From positions 1 through 25,682 of IMG/VR virus record IMGVR_UViG_3300032203_000026: a DNA stretch of 25,682 nucleotides; one strand, 5' to 3'. The stretch is from a virus. Its lineage: Duplodnaviria; Caudoviricetes. The notes under the pieces were generated by a model that did no database searches, had not been told where the DNA came from, and was given only the letters and a program-made list of their open reading frames with translations. This document shows, one piece after another, positions 1 through 7,393 of this stretch (its first letter is position 1; each line of letters begins with the position of its first letter). The translations under genes and the position numbers were made by a program.

Positions 1-52
1 ATAAAAGAAGGGAAAGTAGAAATTAAAGTAGATGTTCAGTTAAAATAAATCT

Positions 53-271
53 ATGGAAAAAGTTTATTCAGACAATTTAATAGAAATAGAAAAAGGTAGA
101 AAATACTGGAATGTTTGGCTCAAAACCCTTTATTGGGCTTATTGTAAATTGGTATCAAGAAAAAGAAACTTAAAAGAAGTCATTAGATATTCTCGGAATT
201 GGGTTAAAAAAGAAAATAAAAGACAAACAAAATTAAGGGAATATGGAAACAGAAAACTCCTGCGAGCATAA
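53..271 (+). CDS. Hypothetical basic protein
   Basis: 72-aa ORF with the A-rich + CTATG start context seen at many genes here; no family recognised. Confidence 0.55.
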   Translation: MEKVYSDNLIEIEKGRKYWNVWLKTLYWAYCKLVSRKRNLKEVIRYSRNWVKKENKRQTKLREYGNRKLLRA

Positions 272-374
272 ATGGGAATTGCGATACTGGATGAGAGGTT
301 ATGAGCCAGTATATTATTGGCAATGTGAAATTTGTGGGGAGATGAAACCATACTTAAAATGGTTAACTTGTTAA
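243..374 (+). CDS. Small putative zinc-binding protein (43 aa; not in ORF track)
   Basis: Manual translation METENSCEHKWELRYWMRGYEPVYYWQCEICGEMKPYLKWLTC*; CxH...CxxC motif like that of the next ORF; stop lies 4 nt before the next ATG. Confidence 0.55.
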   Translation: METENSCEHKWELRYWMRGYEPVYYWQCEICGEMKPYLKWLTC

Positions 375-378
375 ATTT

Positions 379-597
379 ATGAAAAAAGAAAAAAAGAAAA
401 AACCCCTCTGGGGGCTGTATAAAGGATTAAAAATAGATGAAGAAGATTTTGAGAGAGTGAGGCATCCTGATAGATTCATAGAACAAGGGCATATTTCAAA
501 ATGTCAACATAATTGGATTTTCATTCCTGATGAAACTTCTACCTATAAATGGGCTGGATATTGGAGATGTAGGAATTGTGGATTACTGAGATATTAA
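379..597 (+). CDS. Small putative zinc-binding protein
   Basis: C-terminal CQHNW...WRCRNCG (CxH/CxxC) motif. Confidence 0.6.
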   Translation: MKKEKKKKPLWGLYKGLKIDEEDFERVRHPDRFIEQGHISKCQHNWIFIPDETSTYKWAGYWRCRNCGLLRY

Positions 598-606
598 AAT
601 AAACCT

Positions 607-855
607 ATGAGAAAAGAATTTTGTGATATTTGCGGAAAAGAAACTAAATCTGGAGCAAAATATTGGGGAATATTAAGTCGGGGATGGATTATTTTTAGGT
701 ATCCTTTGTATTATGATTTTGATTTATGCGATGATTGTGCCTTAAAGGTTAAAGAATATATTGATTATTACAAGAATTTAATGGAAAAGATTAAAATATG
801 GGAAAATGGAAAAATAAAAAATGAAGAAAGAAATAAAAGAAAATACAAAAATTAA
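607..855 (+). CDS. Small zinc-finger-like phage protein
   Basis: FCDICG...DLCDDC, a paired CxxC pattern common in small phage ORFs. Confidence 0.65.
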   Translation: MRKEFCDICGKETKSGAKYWGILSRGWIIFRYPLYYDFDLCDDCALKVKEYIDYYKNLMEKIKIWENGKIKNEERNKRKYKN

Positions 856-921
856 ACGGAAAAAAGCGTCTTTCGGTGCCATTATGTCAGTAGACAACTT
901 TTAATTTTTGTGTTCTAATAT

Positions 922-1221
922 ATGCTTACTAAAAAAAATTTTCTAATTCAATATTATGAAAAATGGCTTGAGAGATTAGTTGCTGCTGAAATTGATGTTG
1001 AAGCTTATAAAGATATAGATAAAGATAAAATAGTTTTGTCTGAAGATGTTCCTTCTAATTTAGTTATAGGAAGACAACCAATGACCCTTTTGACAAAAAG
1101 AGATGTCCGGGCTGGCGATATTCTTAAAGAAAGCCAAGAAAGAAAAGAAATTGCTCAAAGATTTTGCGATGCGATTTTGAAATTAATAGAGAAAGAAGAG
1201 AAAAAAAATTTAACATCTTGA
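922..1221 (+). CDS. Hypothetical protein
   Basis: 99-aa ORF, last gene before a terminator-like hairpin. Confidence 0.7.
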   Translation: MLTKKNFLIQYYEKWLERLVAAEIDVEAYKDIDKDKIVLSEDVPSNLVIGRQPMTLLTKRDVRAGDILKESQERKEIAQRFCDAILKLIEKEEKKNLTS

Positions 1222-1260
1222 ATTATTTGGGCGTCGCTAATCATTTGACTAATTAGATAT

Positions 1261-1297
1261 AAAACCCCCAATTTTTTGCGATTTTTTGGGGGTTTTT
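1261..1297 (+). terminator. Putative intrinsic terminator
   Basis: AAAACCCCCAA (1261-1271) pairs with TTGGGGGTTTT (1286-1296), ending in a T run, 40 nt after a stop codon. The 14-nt loop is long for a terminator. Confidence 0.55.
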
Positions 1298-1303
1298 AGG
1301 TTG

Positions 1304-1312
1304 TGATATAAT
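1304..1312 (+). promoter_or_regulatory. Putative extended -10 promoter
   Basis: TG-a-TATAAT in the intergenic gap about 100 nt before ATG 1414; no good -35. Confidence 0.55.
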
Positions 1313-1413
1313 AAAGGTGGAAGTTAATTCCTCGTAGGGTTTTGTCCTTCCCCGACGATAACGATAAACAGGTGGCGGGACAATTAAAAGGTCTTTATCA
1401 AAAATAAAAAACT

Positions 1414-1857
1414 ATGAAGAAAAAACTATATATAACATTAGAGAGAGATAATAAAGGAATAAACATCTATTTAAAAATACCACAAGAGTTTGAAGATTAT
1501 TTTAGCGAATTAAGTAAAGGCGAAATTAAAATAAGTAATTGCTGGAAATATAGTAATGGAGAAGGGGCAAAGTTTTATACTCTTACAGACGAGTATCAAG
1601 AAATGGAAAGAAAATTTACATATAATTCCTTTAATAGTTATGGCGATGGGTTAATAAAAGATGAGAAGATTAATTTAGCGATGTTAAGGTCGGTTGGGGC
1701 AAGTCAAGGTATCTCAATTTATTCTAATAAATTTTTACCGATAGATAATATGGATTTTGAACGATACATAAGAGAATTAGGTAGTTATGCTAAAAAGATT
1801 TGGGAAAGTTTTATTTCTAAAAAGAAATTAAAAGCAATTATTACTTTTGAATTGTAA
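1414..1857 (+). CDS. Hypothetical protein, first gene of the amidoligase operon
   Basis: 147-aa ORF with AAAAACTATG start; its stop is 1 nt before the amidoligase ATG. Confidence 0.8.
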   Translation: MKKKLYITLERDNKGINIYLKIPQEFEDYFSELSKGEIKISNCWKYSNGEGAKFYTLTDEYQEMERKFTYNSFNSYGDGLIKDEKINLAMLRSVGASQGISIYSNKFLPIDNMDFERYIRELGSYAKKIWESFISKKKLKAIITFEL

Positions 1858-1858
1858 A

Positions 1859-2617
1859 ATGGATAAAAAATTACTGGAAAAATTTACTTGGGGATTTGAA
1901 ATTGAGGGATTATTCCATAATGATTTGGTTAGTAAGTTGCGGAAATTAGAGGATAAAAAAAGTTATATTAAACTTGAAATAAAAGATGATGGCTCGGTTG
2001 ATATTGATTTACCAGATAGTTTAGATAAAACGGAATGGGGAATAGAAGAAAACGATAAAGAAGTTGCTATCGGGATTTTTAAAGATTTTAAGGAAATGTT
2101 AAAAGTTTTGAAAATGTTTAAAAATGAAGATAACTATTTAGAGAATAGCAGTTGCGGGCTTCATATTCATTTGGGAGTGAAAGATGAACTATTAAGAGCA
2201 AAAATTGGCGATTATAGTTTTATTAAAAAATTAGAGAAATGGGTTAAAGAAAATTTATGCGGACGCACGCAAAAAAGATTAAATAATACTTATTGCCAAC
2301 ATTATGGAAATTTTGTAAATACTTACAGAGAATGGCGGAAAGAAAGTAAATACCGATTTTTAAGTAATCATCCACAAGGCACTTTTGAATTTAGATTTTT
2401 CGCACCTTGTAAGCATAAGATAAAAAATGTAAAAAAGTTTTTTGAGTTTTTTTTCAACGAATTAAGTAATAGGTTATGCTTTAAGAGTAAAATTTTTACT
2501 ATGCCAGTAATAGAAAATGAATTAAACATACCATATTTTATTGATAAAGATAAAATGATAATTAGAGATAAAATTAAAATAGAAAAAAATAAATTAAATT
2601 TAAAAATATGTGTGTAA
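1859..2617 (+). CDS. Putative amidoligase (COOH-NH2 ligase, glutamine synthetase/gamma-glutamylcysteine ligase-like fold)
   Basis: Motifs TWGFEIEG, KDDGSV, SSCGLHIH, KYRF and GTFEFRFF appear in the order typical of the family. ATG 1859 preferred over TTG 1847. Confidence 0.85.
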   Translation: MDKKLLEKFTWGFEIEGLFHNDLVSKLRKLEDKKSYIKLEIKDDGSVDIDLPDSLDKTEWGIEENDKEVAIGIFKDFKEMLKVLKMFKNEDNYLENSSCGLHIHLGVKDELLRAKIGDYSFIKKLEKWVKENLCGRTQKRLNNTYCQHYGNFVNTYREWRKESKYRFLSNHPQGTFEFRFFAPCKHKIKNVKKFFEFFFNELSNRLCFKSKIFTMPVIENELNIPYFIDKDKMIIRDKIKIEKNKLNLKICV

Positions 2618-3387
2618 TTTTATCAATTTATCAAAAAGAAAAAGATTTTAACATCTGCCGAAAGATTTTAAGGTCTATTGAACTATTTAAAGAACAAAAC
2701 AAAGATGGTATTGCGGTTGTCGGTTTGAATTTTGACAACGAAAAATGGTTTTATAGACGAAATTTAGATATTAGTAAAAATGATTTGGAAAAAGTTTTAT
2801 TAAATTATGATGTGGTTAATCTCCATTTAAGGTCGGCTACTTCTGGGGAAGTAAAAGATGATAACATCCATTTTTGGAAAGCAGGCAACTGGTTTTTTGC
2901 TCATAATGGAGTAATACACGAATTTGATAAAGAGGGTTTATGCGATAGTTTAGTATTGTTTAAAGAATTATTAAATAGGGATTGGATTAGGGAAAATGGA
3001 AAAATAAACTTTAATAGAATAAAAACATTTGTAAATACTTTAAATTTCTGGGGTAGATTTATTTTAATAAACAAAAATACAAAAAGAATTTACTATTTTG
3101 GCGATTTCAAGGTTAATAGTTTAAATAAAAAGGTTTTAACTATTTCTACCAGTGAATTAGATTTGGCTGATGAATTTAAGTTGTTTGGATTTTGGTTTAA
3201 AGATTTAAATGAAATTAGAGTTATCGGTGGTGAAGTTGAAGGCATTTATTACATTGATTTAAAAAAAAGAGATTTGCGGATAATAGATGAAGAATTTTTA
3301 AAAAATAGATATAGTTATTATGGTTTTAATCGCAATTGTAAACAATTTAAACTATTTCCACAAAAAAATAATGAATACTATGGCTAA
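2608..3387 (+). CDS. Class II (Ntn) glutamine amidotransferase
   Basis: N-terminal M-C nucleophile, NxDG, HLRSATSG, NIHFW, FAHNGVI and CDS motifs; overlaps the amidoligase stop. Confidence 0.85.
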   Translation: MCVILSIYQKEKDFNICRKILRSIELFKEQNKDGIAVVGLNFDNEKWFYRRNLDISKNDLEKVLLNYDVVNLHLRSATSGEVKDDNIHFWKAGNWFFAHNGVIHEFDKEGLCDSLVLFKELLNRDWIRENGKINFNRIKTFVNTLNFWGRFILINKNTKRIYYFGDFKVNSLNKKVLTISTSELDLADEFKLFGFWFKDLNEIRVIGGEVEGIYYIDLKKRDLRIIDEEFLKNRYSYYGFNRNCKQFKLFPQKNNEYYG

Positions 3388-3550
3388 CGGAAACAACATT
3401 TTTAAAAAGTATTTAAGTTGGTTTTTCTGGATAATGTTAGCAGTGATATTTTTTATCATACTTTACAAGTGGGCTTTAGTAATTTTTGGTTTTTTGGTGA
3501 TATTAGTTTATACCATAAAAAAGATTATTATTTGGCTACTTTTTAAGTAA
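3380..3550 (+). CDS. Small membrane protein
   Basis: Two hydrophobic stretches (YLSWFFWIMLAVIFFIILY; WALVIFGFLVILVY). CTATG start at 3380 chosen; upstream in-frame ATGs exist. Confidence 0.6.
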   Translation: MANGNNIFKKYLSWFFWIMLAVIFFIILYKWALVIFGFLVILVYTIKKIIIWLLFK

Positions 3551-3606
3551 AAAGATACCATTTAAAAGGTCGACAAAAAAAATAAAAGTAAATAACAAAA
3601 ACTAAA

Positions 3607-3996
3607 ATGGAGAAAATTGAGACAGAAAAATTTTATTTATGGAAATTAGATAAAGAAGAACAAGAAAAAGCAAAAAAGTTTTTTAATCCAATTTTAGAGG
3701 TTGATATTGAAAAAGAGATTTTGTTGGAAACTCGGATATACCCGATTAGTAAAGTATTAGAGTATAAGATTTTAGCAAAACAAAACAAGGAGACGAAAAA
3801 GATTTCAGCAGTAGTAATAAAACAGCATTTATGCGGGAAAAAAGAAATTATTTTTAATGGTCAATTTACAGAAAAAGATTATTCAGAAACAATTAAAGGG
3901 TTTGATGAACTTGTTGAAAGAAAAACAAACATTAAGCCAGTAATAATTTCAAGTAAAGAATTTGAGCAGGCAACAGAAATGGTATTAAAAGGTTAA
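3607..3996 (+). CDS. Hypothetical protein
   Basis: 129-aa ORF with A-rich leader and AAAGGTCG 34 nt upstream. Confidence 0.75.
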   Translation: MEKIETEKFYLWKLDKEEQEKAKKFFNPILEVDIEKEILLETRIYPISKVLEYKILAKQNKETKKISAVVIKQHLCGKKEIIFNGQFTEKDYSETIKGFDELVERKTNIKPVIISSKEFEQATEMVLKG

Positions 3997-4042
3997 AAAA
4001 CTGCTATTAGTTTTGGCGGAAATAATGTTTTAAGTTAAAATT

Positions 4043-4378
4043 ATGCCATCAAAATTTTGTCCAAAATGTAATTCTGATTTAAAAAAAAGAGGTATCAGAT
4101 GGGTTGAGAGTGGTGAAAATAGTTATGATGTTTGGCTGAATAGTTATGGCGAATTAGAGTATGAACACAATGAATTTTATGGAAGTGGTGATGGTCGTTA
4201 TTGCTGTGTATGGTGTGGATTTGAACTTCCGATTTATAGGGAAAATGAGATAAAACAGATTTTAAGCAATAGTAAATGGTTTTGTCCCCAGTGTGGAGAA
4301 ATAAGAAGGGGTGATTTTAGAATAGAAAAAGGTTTAGAGTGTATAAAGTGTTTTAAACAAAAGAAAAAAAATATCTAA
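4043..4378 (+). CDS. Double zinc-ribbon protein
   Basis: Four CxxC motifs: CPKC, CVWC, CPQC, CIKC. Confidence 0.75.
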   Translation: MPSKFCPKCNSDLKKRGIRWVESGENSYDVWLNSYGELEYEHNEFYGSGDGRYCCVWCGFELPIYRENEIKQILSNSKWFCPQCGEIRRGDFRIEKGLECIKCFKQKKKNI

Positions 4379-4383
4379 AAACT

Positions 4384-4572
4384 ATGGCAAGAGAATACGA
4401 AGTAACAATTAAATTAAAAATAAAAAAGTATTGGGCAGATATAAAAGATTTTGAAAGAGAAATAGATTTATTTAATGAGAACAATAAAAATGTTTTAGAG
4501 GCGGAAATAGTTAAAATACTTGAAAAAAATAAGAGTAATTGCCAAACATCATTTAGAAAGAGAAGATTTTGA
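4384..4572 (+). CDS. Hypothetical protein
   Basis: 62-aa ORF, AAAACTATG start, tightly packed between neighbours. Confidence 0.6.
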   Translation: MAREYEVTIKLKIKKYWADIKDFEREIDLFNENNKNVLEAEIVKILEKNKSNCQTSFRKRRF

Positions 4573-4574
4573 GT

Positions 4575-4715
4575 ATGCCAACAAAAAAAGCAAAAAAGTT
4601 AAAAGATAAAGAATTAAGTTATCTCGGAGAGAAATTTTATGATGTAATTTTAATGGACTGGGATAGCGTGTTATATAATTGTATTGAGGAGTATTTAAAT
4701 AAAAAAATAAAATGA
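4575..4715 (+). CDS. Small hypothetical protein (46 aa; not in ORF track)
   Basis: MPTKKAKKLKDKELSYLGEKFYDVILMDWDSVLYNCIEEYLNKKIK*; starts 2 nt after the previous stop and has an ATGA overlap with the next ORF. Confidence 0.6.
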   Translation: MPTKKAKKLKDKELSYLGEKFYDVILMDWDSVLYNCIEEYLNKKIK

Positions 4716-4888
4716 AATGTCATAATTGTAAAAAACAAATAGAAAAAGGAAATGAAGTAAAACTATTCAGAAAACCCTATAACTATTTTTGTAGCAATAA
4801 GTGTGCCAAAAGATATAAAGAAAGGAAAAGAAAGATGCTGAGAGTAGGAAAAAAGATGAGCGATTTTTTGAGGGGGGAAAAGAGTTAA
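4712..4888 (+). CDS. Small metal-binding protein, TRASH/MYM-like CxxC...FCSxxC (58 aa; not in ORF track)
   Basis: MKCHNCKKQIEKGNEVKLFRKPYNYFCSNKCAKRYKERK...; ATGA coupling to the upstream ORF. Confidence 0.65.
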   Translation: MKCHNCKKQIEKGNEVKLFRKPYNYFCSNKCAKRYKERKRKMLRVGKKMSDFLRGEKS

Positions 4889-5019
4889 AAAAGGAGTTAA
4901 ATAAGCAAAACCTCTAAAAAACTTCTATAACCTTAATCTTTTATCTTTTATCCTTAATCCTTTGTTAAAATAGAACTTTAAAAGCCAAAAAACAGAAAAA
5001 ATTCTATGTTTTCTGGGTA

Positions 5020-5028
5020 TGGTAGAAT
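5020..5028 (+). promoter_or_regulatory. Putative extended -10 promoter
   Basis: TG-g-TAGAAT in a 210-nt gap, followed by hairpin GAGAAGAT/ATCTTCTC (5035-5058), AAAGGTCG and ATG 5099. Confidence 0.5.
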
Positions 5029-5098
5029 AGAATTGAGAAGATTTTAAAATATCTTCTCTAAAGGTCGGCAGATTGAGAACTAAAAAACCCACACAAAA

Positions 5099-5377
5099 AT
5101 GACAGACAAACTTCAAAAGATTTGGCATATTTACCAAACACTGAAAGAACTTGAGAAGATAGCAAGGCAACTTCACCGATTACACGAAGCAAGTTGCAAT
5201 TATGGCTTAACTTCAAGACAAGAAAAAAGAGAAGAAAAATTAAAAGAAAAGGCGAGAGAGTTAGCGGGACAATTAGGTTTAAAAATATTTATTCAGGGCG
5301 ACCCAAGGGGTTTACCTCTTTTTTTGATAGAGAAAGAGGGGCAAAACTATTGGGATGGCTTGCCGATTAGTTTATGA
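5099..5377 (+). CDS. Hypothetical phage protein (QGDPRG motif)
   Basis: 92-aa ORF, helical N-terminus and IQGDPRGLPL motif; function unknown. Confidence 0.75.
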   Translation: MTDKLQKIWHIYQTLKELEKIARQLHRLHEASCNYGLTSRQEKREEKLKEKARELAGQLGLKIFIQGDPRGLPLFLIEKEGQNYWDGLPISL

Positions 5378-5568
5378 TTTGGTTTTTTTTCTGGCTTGTA
5401 TCTCTTTATTTGGCTTTTATTCTGGGCTGGAGATTAAAGGAAAGACAAGACCAAAAGATTTGGCGGGCTTATTGGGAGAAAGAACAAAGATTTTATGAAG
5501 ATGGGATGAAATGGATGATGGATAATCCCGATTTAGTAAAAAAGGCGAAAAAAGAGGTATTAAATTAA
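5374..5568 (+). CDS. Small membrane-anchored protein
   Basis: N-terminal hydrophobic helix, charged tail, ATGA overlap with the previous gene. Confidence 0.65.
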   Translation: MIWFFFWLVSLYLAFILGWRLKERQDQKIWRAYWEKEQRFYEDGMKWMMDNPDLVKKAKKEVLN

Positions 5569-5603
5569 AACGATAACAAAAAGATTTGGCGGGCTTATTG
5601 GGA
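5453..5603 (+). repeat. 25-bp exact direct repeat, two copies
   Basis: AAAAGATTTGGCGGGCTTATTGGGA at 5453-5477 (coding) and 5579-5603 (intergenic). Confidence 0.9.
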
Positions 5604-5621
5604 AAAACAGAAAATTTTAAA

Positions 5622-5825
5622 ATGACCATTAAAGAAGTTTTATTAAAAAGGTGTCAGATGGTGAGTTATCCTTGGACTTCAGAAAAAATAAAAAAAGCAG
5701 GATTTAATGTTAGAAGGTTTTTATTAGATACGGCACAGGAGATTGAGGGGGCGGTTGATTATGTAGCAAGAAAAAACGACAAAACGCTAAAACAATTTAT
5801 AGCAGGTATTGAGAAAATAAAATAA
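5622..5825 (+). CDS. Hypothetical protein
   Basis: ATG 5622 preferred over TTG 5586; last gene before a terminator. Confidence 0.65.
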   Translation: MTIKEVLLKRCQMVSYPWTSEKIKKAGFNVRRFLLDTAQEIEGAVDYVARKNDKTLKQFIAGIEKIK

Positions 5826-5855
5826 CAATTAAAAAGGATATTAAAGATTGAGTTG

Positions 5856-5890
5856 AAGACCCCGCTATCCTTGTGGCGGGGCTTTTTGTT
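5856..5890 (+). terminator. Intrinsic terminator
   Basis: Stem CCCCGCTA (5860-5867)/TGGCGGGG (5874-5881) with one G-U pair, 6-nt loop, then CTTTTTGTT. Confidence 0.8.
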
Positions 5891-6064
5891 TGGCGGGGGG
5901 CTGATTTTTGGCTGGCTTCTATTGGCTGAAAATTCCGCAGATTTATATATATTTTTTCCTTATTTTATTGAGATTTTAAATTTAAGATTTTCTGACCATC
6001 TTTGGGATTTTACCTTTTTACTTTTTTTATACCATCAAATCCATAACAAGTTCCTAAAATCTGA

Positions 6065-6313
6065 AAGTAATTACATTCTAATTCGCAAAGCAATTAATCT
6101 TGACAATGTAATTACATTATGCTAAACTTATCTTATGAAGTTTCAAGCTAAATTAAGAAAAATCGGCAATAGTCAAGGAATTTATATTCCTCTTAAATTT
6201 CTTACAGGTTTTAAGATTGGAGACAAGATTGAATTAGAAATAATTACATCAGTTAAAGAAAAAAAAGATGTAATTACAGAAAAAGAAACAAAACCCCAAA
6301 AAGTAATTACATT
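6065..6313. repeat. Cluster of GTAATTACA palindromic boxes
   Basis: GTAATTACA at 6067, 6108, 6270 and 6303, plus ATAATTACA at 6240. Confidence 0.85.
6100..6128 (+). promoter_or_regulatory. Sigma70-type promoter with a palindromic operator in the spacer
   Basis: TTGACA (6100-6105), 17 nt, TAAACT (6123-6128) with TG extension; perfect palindrome AATGTAATTACATT at 6105-6118; ATG 6 nt after the -10 suggests a leaderless mRNA. Confidence 0.75.
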
Positions 6314-6407
6314 AAAGAAGCACAAATATAAAGGTAATCCCCTTTATCAGTTTTGCCCCAAACATCCAGGCAGTCTAAGAATAACTTGCGGATGTAAAAC
6401 CTCTTGA
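6135..6407 (+). CDS. AbrB/MazE/SpoVT-family DNA-binding protein with a C-terminal Cys/His cluster
   Basis: KLRKIGNSQGIYIP...GFKIGDKIELEI swapped-hairpin signature; C-terminal CPKH...CGC. Confidence 0.85.
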   Translation: MKFQAKLRKIGNSQGIYIPLKFLTGFKIGDKIELEIITSVKEKKDVITEKETKPQKVITLKKHKYKGNPLYQFCPKHPGSLRITCGCKTS

Positions 6408-6432
6408 CATTTGTTTTTCCTTTTATTATTCT
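6404..6432 (+). promoter_or_regulatory. Sigma70-type promoter for the packaging/head operon
   Basis: TTGACA (6404-6409), 17 nt, TATTCT (6427-6432). Confidence 0.65.
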
Positions 6433-6457
6433 TTAATTAGAAAGGTCTTTTTGTAAA

Positions 6458-6483
6458 ATTTTACTGACATATGTCAGTAAAAT
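6458..6483. promoter_or_regulatory. 26-bp perfect palindrome, putative protein-binding site (copy 1)
   Basis: ATTTTACTGACATATGTCAGTAAAAT; its 20-bp core recurs at 17751-17770. Confidence 0.75.
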
Positions 6484-6486
6484 CCT

Positions 6487-6675
6487 ATGAATAGAGAATA
6501 TCGTCAAAAAGCAGAATTCTGGGGGATGATATGCGTTATTCTGACTTTTATTGCTTTAACGATAGCTTTTTTCTACGCTTTTATACCGGGTTTAATACTT
6601 TTAGGTCTTATTTGGTTTAGTTTTTATCGTTTTTTTCCTTTGAGAACTCTAAGAGACATCTATCCTCCTGATTAG
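6487..6675 (+). CDS. Small two-helix membrane protein
   Basis: Hydrophobic FWGMICVILTFIALTIAFFYAFIPGLILLGLIWFSF; a holin role cannot be established. Confidence 0.65.
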   Translation: MNREYRQKAEFWGMICVILTFIALTIAFFYAFIPGLILLGLIWFSFYRFFPLRTLRDIYPPD

Positions 6676-6688
6676 CTTTATTATTTAG

Positions 6689-7393
6689 ATGACAGAAACA
6701 AAGGTCTTTAATTTTCCACCAAGGTCTCTTTGGGATATTTGGAAGGATTTGGGTGAAGAAAAAATTCTCAAGTTAATAGAAATTGAAAAAGTGAGAGAAG
6801 ATAATCTTTCGCTTTTTTTTGATTTGATAAAGAAAAAAGAAAACTTTTGGCTCTTTGAGTTAAAGATATTAGATAAAAGTAAAAAACTTCATTTTTCTAC
6901 TCAGTATTGGCAGAAGATGCAGCGTTTAGGAGCTTTCTTAAGGGCGAGACCAGAGTTTGCTACTAACGAGATTGTTAATCAAATGAGAGAAACCAAAGCC
7001 TTAAAGAATTTCTCCAATATTGTTGTTTTTAAAGAAAGCGCTTCCGGTGTTAAAGTTCCTTTAGTTCCTTCTTATGGGTATCATACCCGCACCCGAGAAG
7101 TAGCTCTACAGAAGATGGAAGAAATCTATTATACTAATTTAAATTATCTTTTGAAAATCCAAAAAGAAATTATTGCTGAAATCTACAAAAAGACCAAAGG
7201 AAAATCAGCAGAAATCAAAAAATTAAAACTGAAAGATTTATCCTATATTGCCCAGAGAATTTCTAACATCTTAGAAAGTTTTAAGAAAAAACAATCCTCA
7301 GGAGTTCTTATTAAGTTAGATTTATCTCAAAAAGGTAGAGAAGACTATTGGAAAATCTATAATTCTTACATACAAGAACATCTAAAACAATGA
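6689..7393 (+). CDS. Hypothetical protein, possible terminase small subunit
   Basis: Helical, basic 234-aa ORF with an ATGA overlap into the large terminase; the functional call is positional only. Confidence 0.45.
   Translation: MTETKVFNFPPRSLWDIWKDLGEEKILKLIEIEKVREDNLSLFFDLIKKKENFWLFELKILDKSKKLHFSTQYWQKMQRLGAFLRARPEFATNEIVNQMRETKALKNFSNIVVFKESASGVKVPLVPSYGYHTRTREVALQKMEEIYYTNLNYLLKIQKEIIAEIYKKTKGKSAEIKKLKLKDLSYIAQRISNILESFKKKQSSGVLIKLDLSQKGREDYWKIYNSYIQEHLKQ

Noticed and set aside
821-904. 27-aa ORF MKKEIKENTKIKRKK...
   Set aside because: Very short, overlaps the previous gene and has no motif; cannot be supported.
5853-6125. 90-aa + strand ORF with TTG start
   Set aside because: It runs through a terminator and a promoter, and its composition simply reflects T-rich non-coding DNA.
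6135-6675. Complete type II toxin-antitoxin pair
   Set aside because: The downstream gene is a membrane peptide behind its own promoter; no MazF, PIN or RelE toxin is adjacent.
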